A stretch of 63,533 nt of DNA, filler included, from Sphacelaria rigidula (lineage: Eukaryota): NCBI GenBank assembly GCA_964200075.2. It is 10 parts of 10 records of this genome, joined end to end, with 100 filler letters (N's around TTAATTAATTAA, not from the genome) between each part and the next. Parts side by side here need not be neighbours in the genome. Positions count along the whole stretch, not along the records: positions 1 to 6,264 come from CAXNAA020021138.1; positions 6,365 to 12,628 come from CAXNAA020021139.1; 8 more parts are not named here. One strand, written 5' to 3'. Shown here piece by piece: positions 1 through 10,100 of the stretch; within the stretch, counting starts at the first letter, position 1; each line of letters opens with the position of its first letter. The position numbers and the translations under genes are program-made. The notes beneath the pieces were generated by a model, which worked only from the letters and a program-made list of their open reading frames with translations, made no database searches and was not told the origin of the DNA.

Positions 1-653
1 ACTTAAAGCGAATGATCAAAGACACTCTCAATCGTATCATCTACTCTCAATCTCACGAAAACACTGTTAAAAAGTAGACTACGTTCTGAGACATCATATG
101 TACTAGAAATCCAGGCACGCGCTCAGATTCACTTTTTTCTTGATCGTCACTCCATCATCATCAGATTTTCTCCCAACTAATACATTTTTTTTTTCCTCAA
201 GATTGTTTTGGGGGCCAATCAAACTTCTCAAGTTTTTCTTGACCGTTAAAAAACTGTCGGCCACTTTCCCCTTCTCTTTGTGCGGCATCCTCTTCCCCTA
301 GATTCCGAGATCGAAATTCGAAGGGGTAAAAACTTTCTCCCGAGAAAGCTTAACCCTTTTGGAACTCGCGGAAAACAGTACAGAGTCCCACATGCGAGCT
401 CCCGTCACCGGGGAAACGTCACTTCGAGTTCGGTGCACGAACCTGTCGCATTAGTTTCCTTGACCTTTGAGGGGTGCACCGTTTTTATGGGCTGCATTAT
501 CAACAGTCTAAGAAAAACAACCATATCTTACCCCAAGAGAAAGTCAACTGTAAATCATCATTTTCTTATCAGCGGCTCCAAAAGGGTCAATAACCAGAGC
601 GACAGCAGCGGTCCGCAATTTGTTTCTGGGGCTACGCACTTTGAAGACCTCTC

Positions 654-1104
654 AACACGGGATCTTACAAATTGGGGATGGATCTTTTATTATTGGGGAT
701 GAGAAACCCGGAGAACTAAAATCTTCGTATCCACATCAAATCTTCGAAATATAGTTCCATTTCTTCACCTACTGATAGCTATTGACAACTACTGCTACAG
801 GCCATAGGAACTTGGATTCCGATCACCGAAATGTTGGGATCCCAGGTGAGAAACCAATTTCGGAACCATTTTGGCGTCCGTTCGGACACCCGGAATTTTC
901 CAAAATTGTTTTTTTTACCTAGGACCCCAACATTTCGGTGATTGAATTCCAAATTTCTATGGCGTGTAGGAGTTGTCGATATCTATCAGTAGGTAAAGAA
1001 ATGGAACCATGTTTCGAAGATTAGGTGTGGATACGAATATTTTAATTCTCCGGGTTTCTCGTGCCCAATAAAAGATCCATCCTCAATTCGTAAGATCCCG
1101 TGTT
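654..1104. mobile_element. Foldback/MITE-like palindromic element (~450 bp)
   Basis: Left arm AACACGGGATCTTACAAATTGGGGATGGATCTTTTATT...GAGAAACCCGGAGAA...CCTACTGATAG... is the imperfect reverse complement of the right arm ending ...TAAGATCCCGTGTT. Centre GTCCG-TT-CGGAC near 876-887. No clear target-site duplication (TSD). Confidence 0.75.
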
Positions 1105-3116
1105 TCTCGATGACAAATATATGGGCTTTAGTGTGCAGCCTCAGTATTATGCAAGTTGCTGTGACCACGGGTTCGAGAGATCGGGCTAATATGCGGGAAC
1201 AAATTATACTGAGTGTAAAACCTCGATCATGATCCGATGTGGCTGAGAACTTCGAAAATCTCTGGAGAAGAAGAAAAAAAGTTCTTATGGCTGCCCATTG
1301 TTTTGTGTTACTACGTGCGGCGCTACCGACGAATGAATTGACCATCACTTCTCACTCACTTTGACCGGCCTCATATTATTATCATTAATTAACTCGTGTT
1401 CGAATTCGTGCGCCCAGCCAACGCCTGACCTACGCAGAAAGCCAAATGGGAAATGAAAAATATCGAAACGCTTTACGGAAGTCTCTGTGCATGGATGGAC
1501 GGTCACAATGTCGGTTGGTCACCATGTGTCAAACGCGCACGACTCGTCGGCACCACAAGCGGGTCGTTGTAGCGACCCGGTCCCATCGATTCCGGCACGG
1601 TTCCGGATCGCGGGTGAGCACGTACTGTACTGTAGCAGAGAAAAATTCAAGGATGAGCGCGATATGACGCCGCGTGTTTCACAATTTCCCTTGCCTACAT
1701 GATACCAACATAACAACCAGGAAAAAACGAAATAAGGAAAACATCGTGACAGATTTTTACTAATTTTGTTCTTCACCGCTTCCTCTCCCTTCCCGACCCT
1801 CCCCTTTTCTAGACACTGAATCTGGAGCTGTCGGGTGATCTTCTTGTTCCTTGGCTGACAATGCTATTCTCCCCGTTTCTTCTTTTTTCGGAGCAAAGCA
1901 AGGCCATGCACACTGGAACCATGCATCATGCCGGGTAATCTGTCCCCCCCCCCCCCCAACTTCCATCACCGTTTGCGATTTCAACTTTCCTTTTTTCTCG
2001 TTGTGTCGACCCACCCTCCCTGTGAAAAGACTGACTCATCTCTAAAAACAAATCGGCATTTTCATCTGCTTGCACACACGCGCGCGCGCATATCGTGTGC
2101 TCGACCCCCGCCCGCCCCACCCTGAACACAGCAGCATCCAGGAGGGGGGGGGGGCGTATTCATTTGTCGGGGAAGCGTCATAAATGAATACTCCATTGCC
2201 ACAAGGGCAAGCAGACCGTCGAATGGACCCCTCCCTACAATCGCTGTCGAGGCGTACTGAGTGTTTTCTTCAAGCCATCTTAAGACGCACTATACAAAAA
2301 TATATGTATGCATACATGTGAATGAATGTGCTCTAGCTTTCACACACACAGATTTCCGCAGATATGTCCACCCCACCATGAACAATCACAAAATGGGGGG
2401 GGGGAAAGAAGTCTGAGAACGGAAAACCTATGTACGAATATGCTTTTTACTGCACAGGAAAACCAAGAAAAAACAAAAGGTAGAAGACGAAGACATTACA
2501 GCGGGACTTGGGCATGTATAACTAACTCCCCCCGTCCCTGCCGTTGTTGTCGATGGCAAGCTCACGCGCGCGAAACACGCGTCCGTGCATCGAGCAGCGG
2601 CACAAACTTTTCTAATCCTTCTCACGAACGTCCTAACAATTACTACCTCACCCAACCTCCTGTTACTCATTTCGACTCAACGGCCACCCAAGGTGTACAG
2701 CAAGCGGCCTACATTAGGCGAATACCCTAAGGGTGCGGAGTCATCGCACAGGGGTGCGAATTAACTTCTCCGCCCGGTATTTCCACAACGGGAAGGGGTG
2801 TCAGCGTCGGAGAGGGCGCCATTGGCAAGATCTCGCCTAGGCCCCTTCCCTAAAATTGACGCGATCAAGGTCCGCACCCTGCTCATTGTCGAGAGGTCAA
2901 GCGAGGAAATTCGTTGGCATCCCTGTGCAACGACGTGCATCTTTGCGGTATAAATGGATTATACCCACCCGAAGGGCAAAAGTACAACCCCGACTCTTTG
3001 ATGTGCGACAATCAACGAATCAATTAATCAATCAATCTCGATGTGGGAGCCGCTCTAATGCATATGCGGAGTGATTTATTTGTACGACATGTAAAGCGGT
3101 CACGAGGCAGTTACAG

Positions 3117-3270
3117 GAGCAGGTCCAACCGTGAAACTGTTTGACTGTTTGAGAGGCCCGATACTCTCCTATCTATATAGTCGAACTTCCGGGACCCCAG
3201 GTAACCAGGTCTCGACGGTAGAACGAGTTCAACACAACAAGAGCCACCGTTGGGCCCCCTGGGGAGTCAC
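3117..3270 (+). repeat. Dispersed repeat family B, copy 1
   Basis: GAGCAGGTCCAACCGTG...CAGGTCTCGACGGTAGAA...ACAAGAGCCACCGT...GGGAGTCAC matches the reverse complement of 45124-45265 on another contig. Confidence 0.75.
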
Positions 3271-3878
3271 CCCTACTCTGTACCCGCTGCAGGTCGACTT
3301 CAACAGCCTACCACCCAGGTCACGGCCAATATGTGCCCAAATAACAAGAGAGAAAAGACGCCTCGCTTTTGGAGACCCTTCGGCAAAATCCGTCATACGT
3401 ACAACCTCGATTTTTTAATACTCGTGCAACTTCGACGGCCAAGCTGTCGCCACCGCCAAAAGCTGTGTCGTCGTCGTCAGATAAGAAAAAAAAAACACTA
3501 TTTCTGGGTACAAAAAAACGAGAACAAAAAACATCTTCATTTTTATGGCAAGTGTGCGGAAATGTTCTCCTTGCCACTACACCAACATCACATTATCGCA
3601 CGATCACACGATCAAACTTGTCTCCACATGAAAATCGAGCTCGGATTTCACAGTGTGTCGCTCTGTGTCATGCATGCTCCGCCAACCCATGACATGGCAT
3701 GCACTACAACATCATAAGCGCACTCCCCGTCATTCCTCACCGTCCCGCCCCAGCAACCTCTCAATAACCCACCCACCCACCCACCCACCCCGCGCGCCCT
3801 CCCCACACCCCTTCTACCGTGCAGACGCCGCTTTGAAGAGGATGAGTTAGATCCGCTATGTTCTTGCTAACCATCTCG

Positions 3879-4058
3879 TCATCGTGTCTCTGTGTCCACC
3901 ACGAGTCCCACGGCCACGGTGGTGCTTTTTTGTCTGAGAACAAATCGGCCCAGAGGACGACAGGCGCTGTACTTCTCCAGGCAGATGGGTCTCGAGCATG
4001 AGATGCGGATGTGGGCTGTCGATGCCGGTGGCACACATCTTGGCTTCGACTTCAGAAC
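3879..4058 (-). CDS. HBS1: Terminal coding exon of an HBS1-like (eEF1A/eRF3 family) translational GTPase, C-terminal domain III
   Basis: CAG acceptor (AG at 4060-4059), then VLKSKPRCVPPASTAHIRISCSRPICLEKYSACRPLGRFVLRQKSTTVAVGLVV...TGA. This matches the KPR...RPICLE...LGRF.LR...T.A.G C-terminus of HBS1/eRF3. Upstream exons not found in this contig; eRF3 cannot be fully excluded. Confidence 0.82.
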   Translation of the reverse strand, partial: VLKSKPRCVPPASTAHIRISCSRPICLEKYSACRPLGRFVLRQKSTTVAVGLVVDTETR

Positions 4059-4066
4059 CTGTTTTC

Positions 4067-4097
4067 GTTGTTGTTGTTGTTGTTGTTGTTGTTGTTG
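4067..4097 (+). repeat. (GTT)n microsatellite, intronic
   Basis: About 10 GTT units next to the HBS1 acceptor; further degenerate GTT/ATT runs extend to ~4300. Confidence 0.9.
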
Positions 4098-5794
4098 CTT
4101 TTGTAAATAATAATGACCAATTGTGTTCGTCATGATCCATTTTCCATCGCTGTCATCATTTTCTCATTGGCATTGTCATTGTTGTTGTTGTTGTTCATAA
4201 CGACCGATTGTTTTTGTCATAATCCATTTTCCATCACTGTGTCATCATTTTATCATCATCAAATTTGTTATTATTGTTGTTGTTGTTATTGTTGTTGTTA
4301 TCGCGGTCGTTATTTGCCATGTCAAGCGCGGATGATCGTTTACCAAAATTAGGTATCATCCACCCATTTTTTTTCTTCTTGTTTTTTTTTGGGGGGGGAG
4401 GAATACCCCGTACTGCAATAGAGTAGAACAATGAATGAATGAGTCGTACAGTTGTGCGCATGTGTGTATGAGTCCATGCGGATGTGAATGTGTGGGTATG
4501 TGTATGTTCGACGTAACCCTGCGGCCATACGTATATTGATGTACCATATACCTCATACCACTTAGACGAAAAAGCCCATTTATGCTACCGTGCGGTGTGC
4601 AAACATGTGTTTGAGGGTATTTCTTGGCAGCAAGAGCGACAGAGGGTTACGGGTTAGTTCGGTTTGCAGGATCACTTGGCACGAGCGCATTGGGCTGCAC
4701 GGGACGATGAGCCCATTGGCAGTTACATTCGCAAGAGGTTGAAAGAAAGGATGAAAAATAACCCAGGGGTTTTGACTATCAACAGGACTTATTTTTCCAG
4801 ACTTTTTCGAAATTTTCGAGGAAAAAAAAATGGATTATTTCCGATTTTTCGAGGAAAAAAATGCCGAACAGAAAAAATCGACGCAGGATCTTCGGAGCAA
4901 TATCTATATTCAGTCTTACATTGATCTGTATTCCCTGATGTGGTTGAAAGAGACCTCTCACATTTTTCGGGGGGGGAAAAAAAATGTCCGAAAATGCCCG
5001 ACATCTCACCTGGGAAAAATTCCCCGTTAACATCCCCAAGTAGCACATGTATGCGCCAACGCCATTTTTTGTCGCACTTTGGACTCTCATGTGTATCATC
5101 CCATCTCTCCCCCGGTACACGCCTTTCATTTTGGTCTCGTGGATTGGGTCAGCACTCCCCGCACCGCATCAACCTTACTTCAAACAAACTCAGTCGACTG
5201 CTTTGTTTACTCACGTTCTCACGCTTTCCACGGTGGAAATCGGATATTACCATCATGACATTTTGAATATTTCCGTTGAATGTATCTCACTACACCTTCA
5301 GCTTGACAGCTTCCGCTCGCACCAACGCTTTTTGCCCACATAAATATCGAGCGTACAGGTATGTACGTGCGCACCCGCAAACATCTTCCCCCGGACCTAT
5401 ATGCCTCATCGTCTCATCCTAGGAACAGGAGCCATGCGCAAAACAAAAACCGAATCAGTTTCCAACGCTTGAGTGCGGGCGACCTGGAGATCGTCTTCGG
5501 TACCCGAGATTTCCATATGTACTCGGTGTAGATAAGGTACGTACGCTCACGTACCCTCCATTTCACGGTATTTTTCGAGTAACCCAATGCTTGAGGGTAC
5601 GCAGGGCATCGACTGCTGCCGGAGCTAGTGAGAATCCAGTTACGTACTACCTCAAAACAAATATGGGCAGAAAAAAGACTGCTGTTGGTTTGTTTGTTTA
5701 TTCGTTCTTGCCTGTTTTTTTCTTCTTTTTTTTCTTCAGTCTACGCTGCCTGTTCTACCTTCTGTTTTTTTTTCTTCCCTTACCTTAAGCGAGT

Positions 5795-5876
5795 GTTTTG
5801 GTTTTGGTTTATCTCAGGTACGCTTATCAGGTGACCATGGATCTCTGGGAGCTCAGTTAATGTGCGACACACTCAA
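5795..5876 (+). mobile_element. Probable 3' end of a SINE/LINE retroposon (family C)
   Basis: TCTCAGGTACG...GGATCTCTGGGAGCTCAGTTAATGTGCGACA is shared with 54796-54899; the tail ATGTGCGACAATCAA also occurs at ~3001. Each copy is followed by a short A-rich simple-repeat tail. Confidence 0.55.
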
Positions 5877-6264
5877 TCAATAAATAATGAAATAATGAAA
5901 TAATGAAATAATGAAATAATGAAATAATGAAATAATGAAATAATGAAATAATTGAATAATGAAATAATTGAATAATGCAATAATTGAATAATGAAATAAT
6001 TGAATAATTGAATAATTGAATAATTGAATAATTGAATAATTGAATAATTGAATAATTGAATAATGAAATAATTGAATAATTGAATAATGCAATAATAAAA
6101 TAATGAAATAATGAAATAATGAAATAATGAAATAATGAAATAATGAAATAATGAAATAATGAAATAATGAAATAATGAAATAATGAAATAATGAAATAAT
6201 GAAATAATGAAATAATGAAATAATGAAATAATGAAATAATGAAATAATGAAATAATGAAATAAT
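5877..6264 (+). repeat. 8-bp tandem repeat (AATAATGA/AATAATTG)n running into the contig end
   Basis: About 48 units read directly. Confidence 0.97.
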
Positions 6265-6364
6265 NNNNNNNNNNNNNNNNNNNNNNNNNNNNNNNNNNNN
6301 NNNNNNNNTTAATTAATTAANNNNNNNNNNNNNNNNNNNNNNNNNNNNNNNNNNNNNNNNNNNN
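6265..6364. other. Artificial contig-joining linker (44 N + TTAATTAATTAA + 44 N); first of nine
   Basis: Identical 100-nt spacers with stops in all six frames at 6265-6364, 12629-12728, 18993-19092, 25356-25455, 31719-31818, 38082-38181, 44445-44544, 50808-50907 and 57171-57270. Intervening contigs are 6264 bp (first three) and 6263 bp (rest), i.e. length-sorted unplaced contigs. Confidence 0.98.
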
Positions 6365-6920
6365 TGTGTCATGGTAGGCACAACTCGTGGTACATCGTAA
6401 GTGAGAACGGACTGAAGGAAAGTGAGCTCCTTGGGCGGCCCAGCTCGTATGTAGCGGCTTATATAGCCACCGCAATAATACCTGCGGGAAATTAGATACA
6501 CGTCCGCTTTTGAGCCGTCCCATCCAAGAGTTCCACATCGCCGTGACCCATCTCCTAAGCCATGTACAGCCCGTGCATTTTTGCAGGCGGTGTTTCACAC
6601 AAACTTGCCCACCCTCCCCGACACGCAACCGTTCTTTGCTCACCTACGTGTATTGCGTATGTGGTGCTGCATAGCGATCGCTGAGTCTTTCGGTGATGCT
6701 GTCTGGCTCTTCAGTTTGCACAACGATTTCTAGCTGGCTCATACTGTCTGACGTACAATCCCTGGGTTTTGTATTATTGAATACATCAATGTCAGATATC
6801 ATTGATACGACTGAGCCTGCTTTAGCATTGGCGTTGTGCCTCACCTGTTTTGTGCAATAACCTTCCTGCTGTTGCCCTATACTAAAAATCCATCCGCTCT
6901 CGATCCGTTCCGCACTTTTG

Positions 6921-6928
6921 TATAAAAG
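6921..6928 (+). promoter_or_regulatory. Possible TATA box upstream of the EsV-1-7 repeat gene
   Basis: TATAAAAG ~250-370 nt upstream of the candidate start codons; motif match only. Confidence 0.25.
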
Positions 6929-7197
6929 GGTCCCATCCCTTGGAATCATTTTGCGAGTATGTTGGTAATTGTCGGGGTCAGCTGACATGGAGCGTCGTTT
7001 GCGCTGACTGCAGGCGGCTACATTTTCCCGGGAGAATTTGCCGTAGAAGTAACGCCACTTGTTCCGCAAAGCGTTTCGACTTACTTTTACCCGTGTCTAA
7101 CAAGGTATTTCTGCCGTCTTGGTATTTGTGCTTCCGTGAGCAGTTGGTTTTCGTGGAAGCATGACACGAAGGACATGGTGGTCGACCTAGCCAACAA

Positions 7198-10100
7198 GTG
7201 TGCATCACGAAGAGCTGCTCCAAGCTGCCATCTCACGGTCTGCAGGGCTACGAATCGGAGTTCTGCTCCAAGCACGTCAAGGTGGAAATGGTGGAGGTCG
7301 TGCAGGAGAAGTGCGGCTACGATGGCTGCTCCACGAAGTCGTCGTATGGTATTGCGGGAGGTAGGATAGCGGAGTTCTGCTCCAAGCATGCCAGATCGGG
7401 AATGACGGATGTGCTGCACAAGACGTGCGGCCACGAGGGCTGCTCGACGCATCCGTCGTATGGTGTGACGGGAAGTAAGAAGGTAGAGTTCTGCCCCAAG
7501 CATGCGAGGTCGGGAATGACAAATGTGCTGCACAAGACGTGCGGCCACGAGAGTTGCTCCACGAAGCCAGCGTATGGTGTGGCGGGAAGTAAGACGGCGG
7601 AGTTCTGCTCCGAGCATGCCAGGTCGGGAATGGTGAATGTGTGGGGCAAGACGTGCGGCCACGAGAGCTGCTCCACGAAGCCAGCGTATGGTGTGGCGGG
7701 AAGTACAAAGGCGGAGTTCTGCTTCAAGCATGCCAGGTCGGGAATGGTGAATGTGGTGCTGAAGAAGTGCGACCACGAGGGCTGCTCCACGAAGCCGTCG
7801 TATGGTGTGGCGGGCAGCAAGAAGGCGGAGTTCTGCTCCAAGCATGCGAGGTCGGGAATGGTGAATGTGGTGCTGAAGAAGTGCAACCACAAGAGCTGCT
7901 CCACGAAGCCGTCGTATGGTATGGTGGGCGGTAAGAAGGCGGAGTTCTGCTCCAAGCATGCCAGGTCGGGAATGGTGAATGTGGTGCTGAAGAAGTGCGA
8001 CCACGAGGGCTGCTCCACGCACCCGTCGTATGGTGTGGCGGGCAGCAAGAAGGCGGAGTTCTGCTCCAAGCATGCGAGGTCGGGAATGGTAGATGTGGTG
8101 AACAAGAAGTGCGGCCACGAGGGCTGCTCCACGAAGCCGTCGTATGGTGTGGCGGGGAGTAAGAAGGCGGAGTTCTGCTCCAAGCATGCGAGGTCGGGAA
8201 TGGTAGATGTGATGCACAGGAAGTGCGGGTACGAGGGCTGCTCCACGACGCCCTCGTATGGTGTGGCGCGAGGCAAGAAGGCGGAGTTCTGCTCCAAGCA
8301 TGCCAGGCCGGGAATGATGGATGTGGTGAACAAGAGGTGCGGCTTCGACGGCTGCTCAACGCATCCGTCGTATGGTGTGGCAGGAAGTAAGAAAGCAGAG
8401 TTCTGTCCCAAGCATGCCAAGTCGGGAATGGTGAATGTAGTGCAGAAGAAGTGCGGCTACGAGGGCTGCTCAACGAAGCCGTCGTATGGTGTGGCGGGCA
8501 GCAAAAAGGCGGAGTTCTGCTCCAAGCATGCGAGGTCGGGAATGGTAAATGTGGTGAACAAGAGGTGCGGCTACGACGGCTGCTCCACGCACCCGTCGTA
8601 TGGTGTGGCGGGCAGCAAGAAGGCGGAGTTCTGCTCCAAGCATGCCAGGTCGGGAATGGTAGATCTGGTGCACAAGAGGTGCAACCACGAGAGCTGCTCG
8701 ACGTACCCGTCGTATGGTGTGGCGCGAGGCAAGAAGGCAGAGTTCTGCTCCAAGCATGCGAGGTCGGGAATGACAAATGTGGTGAACAAGAAGTGCAGCC
8801 ACGAGGGCTGCTCAACGCATCCATCGTATGGTGTGGCGGGCAGCAAGACGGCGGAGTTCTGCTCCGAGCATGCCAGGTCGGGAATGGTGGATGTGGTGAA
8901 CAGGAAGTGCGGCCACGAGAGCTGCTCCACGAAGCCAGCGTATGGTGTAGCGGGAAGTACAAAGGCGGAGTTCTGCTTGAAGCATGCCAGGTCGGGAATG
9001 GTGAATGTGGTGCTGAAGAAGTGCGACCACGAGAGCTGCTCCATGAAGCCAGCGTATGGTGTGGCGGGCAGCAAGAAGGCGGAGTTCTGCTCCAAGCATG
9101 CCAGGTCGGGAATGGTAGATGTGGTGAACAAGAAGTGCAACCACGAGGGCTGCTCCACGAAGCCGTCGTATGGTGTGGCGGGGAGTAAGAAGGCGGAGTT
9201 CTGCTCCAAGCATGCGAGGTCGGGAATGGTGGATGTGATGCACAGGAAGTGCGGCTACGAGGGCTGCTCCACGACGCCCTCGTATGGTGTGGCGCGAGGC
9301 AAGAAGGCGGAGTTCTGCTCCAAGCATGCGAGGTCGGGAATGGTAGATGTGGTGAACAAGAGGTGCGGCTTCGACGGCTGCTCAACGCATCCGTCGTATG
9401 GTGTGGCGGGAAGTAAGAAAGCAGAATTCTGCTCCAAGCATGCCAGGTCGGGAATGGTGAATGTGGTGCACAAGAGGTGCAACCACGAGGGCTGCTCAAC
9501 GCAACCGTCGTATGGTGTGGCGGGAAGTACAAAGGCGGAGTTCTGCTCCAAGCATGCCAGGTCGGGAATGGTGAATGTGGTGCGCAAGAGGTGCAACCAC
9601 GAGGGCTGCTCCACGCTTCCGTCGTATGGTGTGGCGGGAAGTGAGAAAGCAGAGTTCTGCTCCAAGCATGCCAGGTCGGGAATGGTGAATGTGGTGCACA
9701 AGAGGTGCAACCACGAGGGCTGCTCCACTCTTCCGTCGTATGGTGTGGCGGGAAGTGAGAAAGCAGAGGTCTGCTTCAAGCATGCGAGGTCGGGAATGGT
9801 AAACGTGGTGCACAAGAGGTGCAACCACGAGGGCTGCTCCACTCTTCCGTCGTATGGTGTGGCGGAAAGTAACAGGGCGGATCTCTGCTCCAAGCATGCA
9901 CCAGCGATAACGATAAATGTGGTGCACAAGAAGTGCGGCAGAGAGGGCTGCTCCACGATGCCATCGTATGGTGTGGCGGGGAGTAACCAGGCGGGGTTCT
10001 GCTTCAAGCATTCCAGGGCGGGAATGGTAAACGTGGTGGGCGAGAAGTGCGGTGAAAAGGAATGGTCCAAGTTCACTGTCGATAAGAGGCACACCGTTGA

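Noticed and set aside
4763..5040. Possible hAT-like MITE (CAGGGGTTTTGAC...GTTAACATCCCCAAG)
   Set aside because: Terminal match too weak and no 8-bp TSD.
5877..6264. Telomeric repeat, or the 71-aa ORF over the AATAATGA array
   Set aside because: Lacks the G-rich strand of TTAGGG-type telomeres; the ORF is a translation of the satellite.
6365..6481. Candidate minus-strand exon YYCGGYISRYIRAGPPKELTFLQSVLTYDVPR after a CCCGCAG acceptor
   Set aside because: Plausible splice site but no recognisable family, and truncated by the contig edge.
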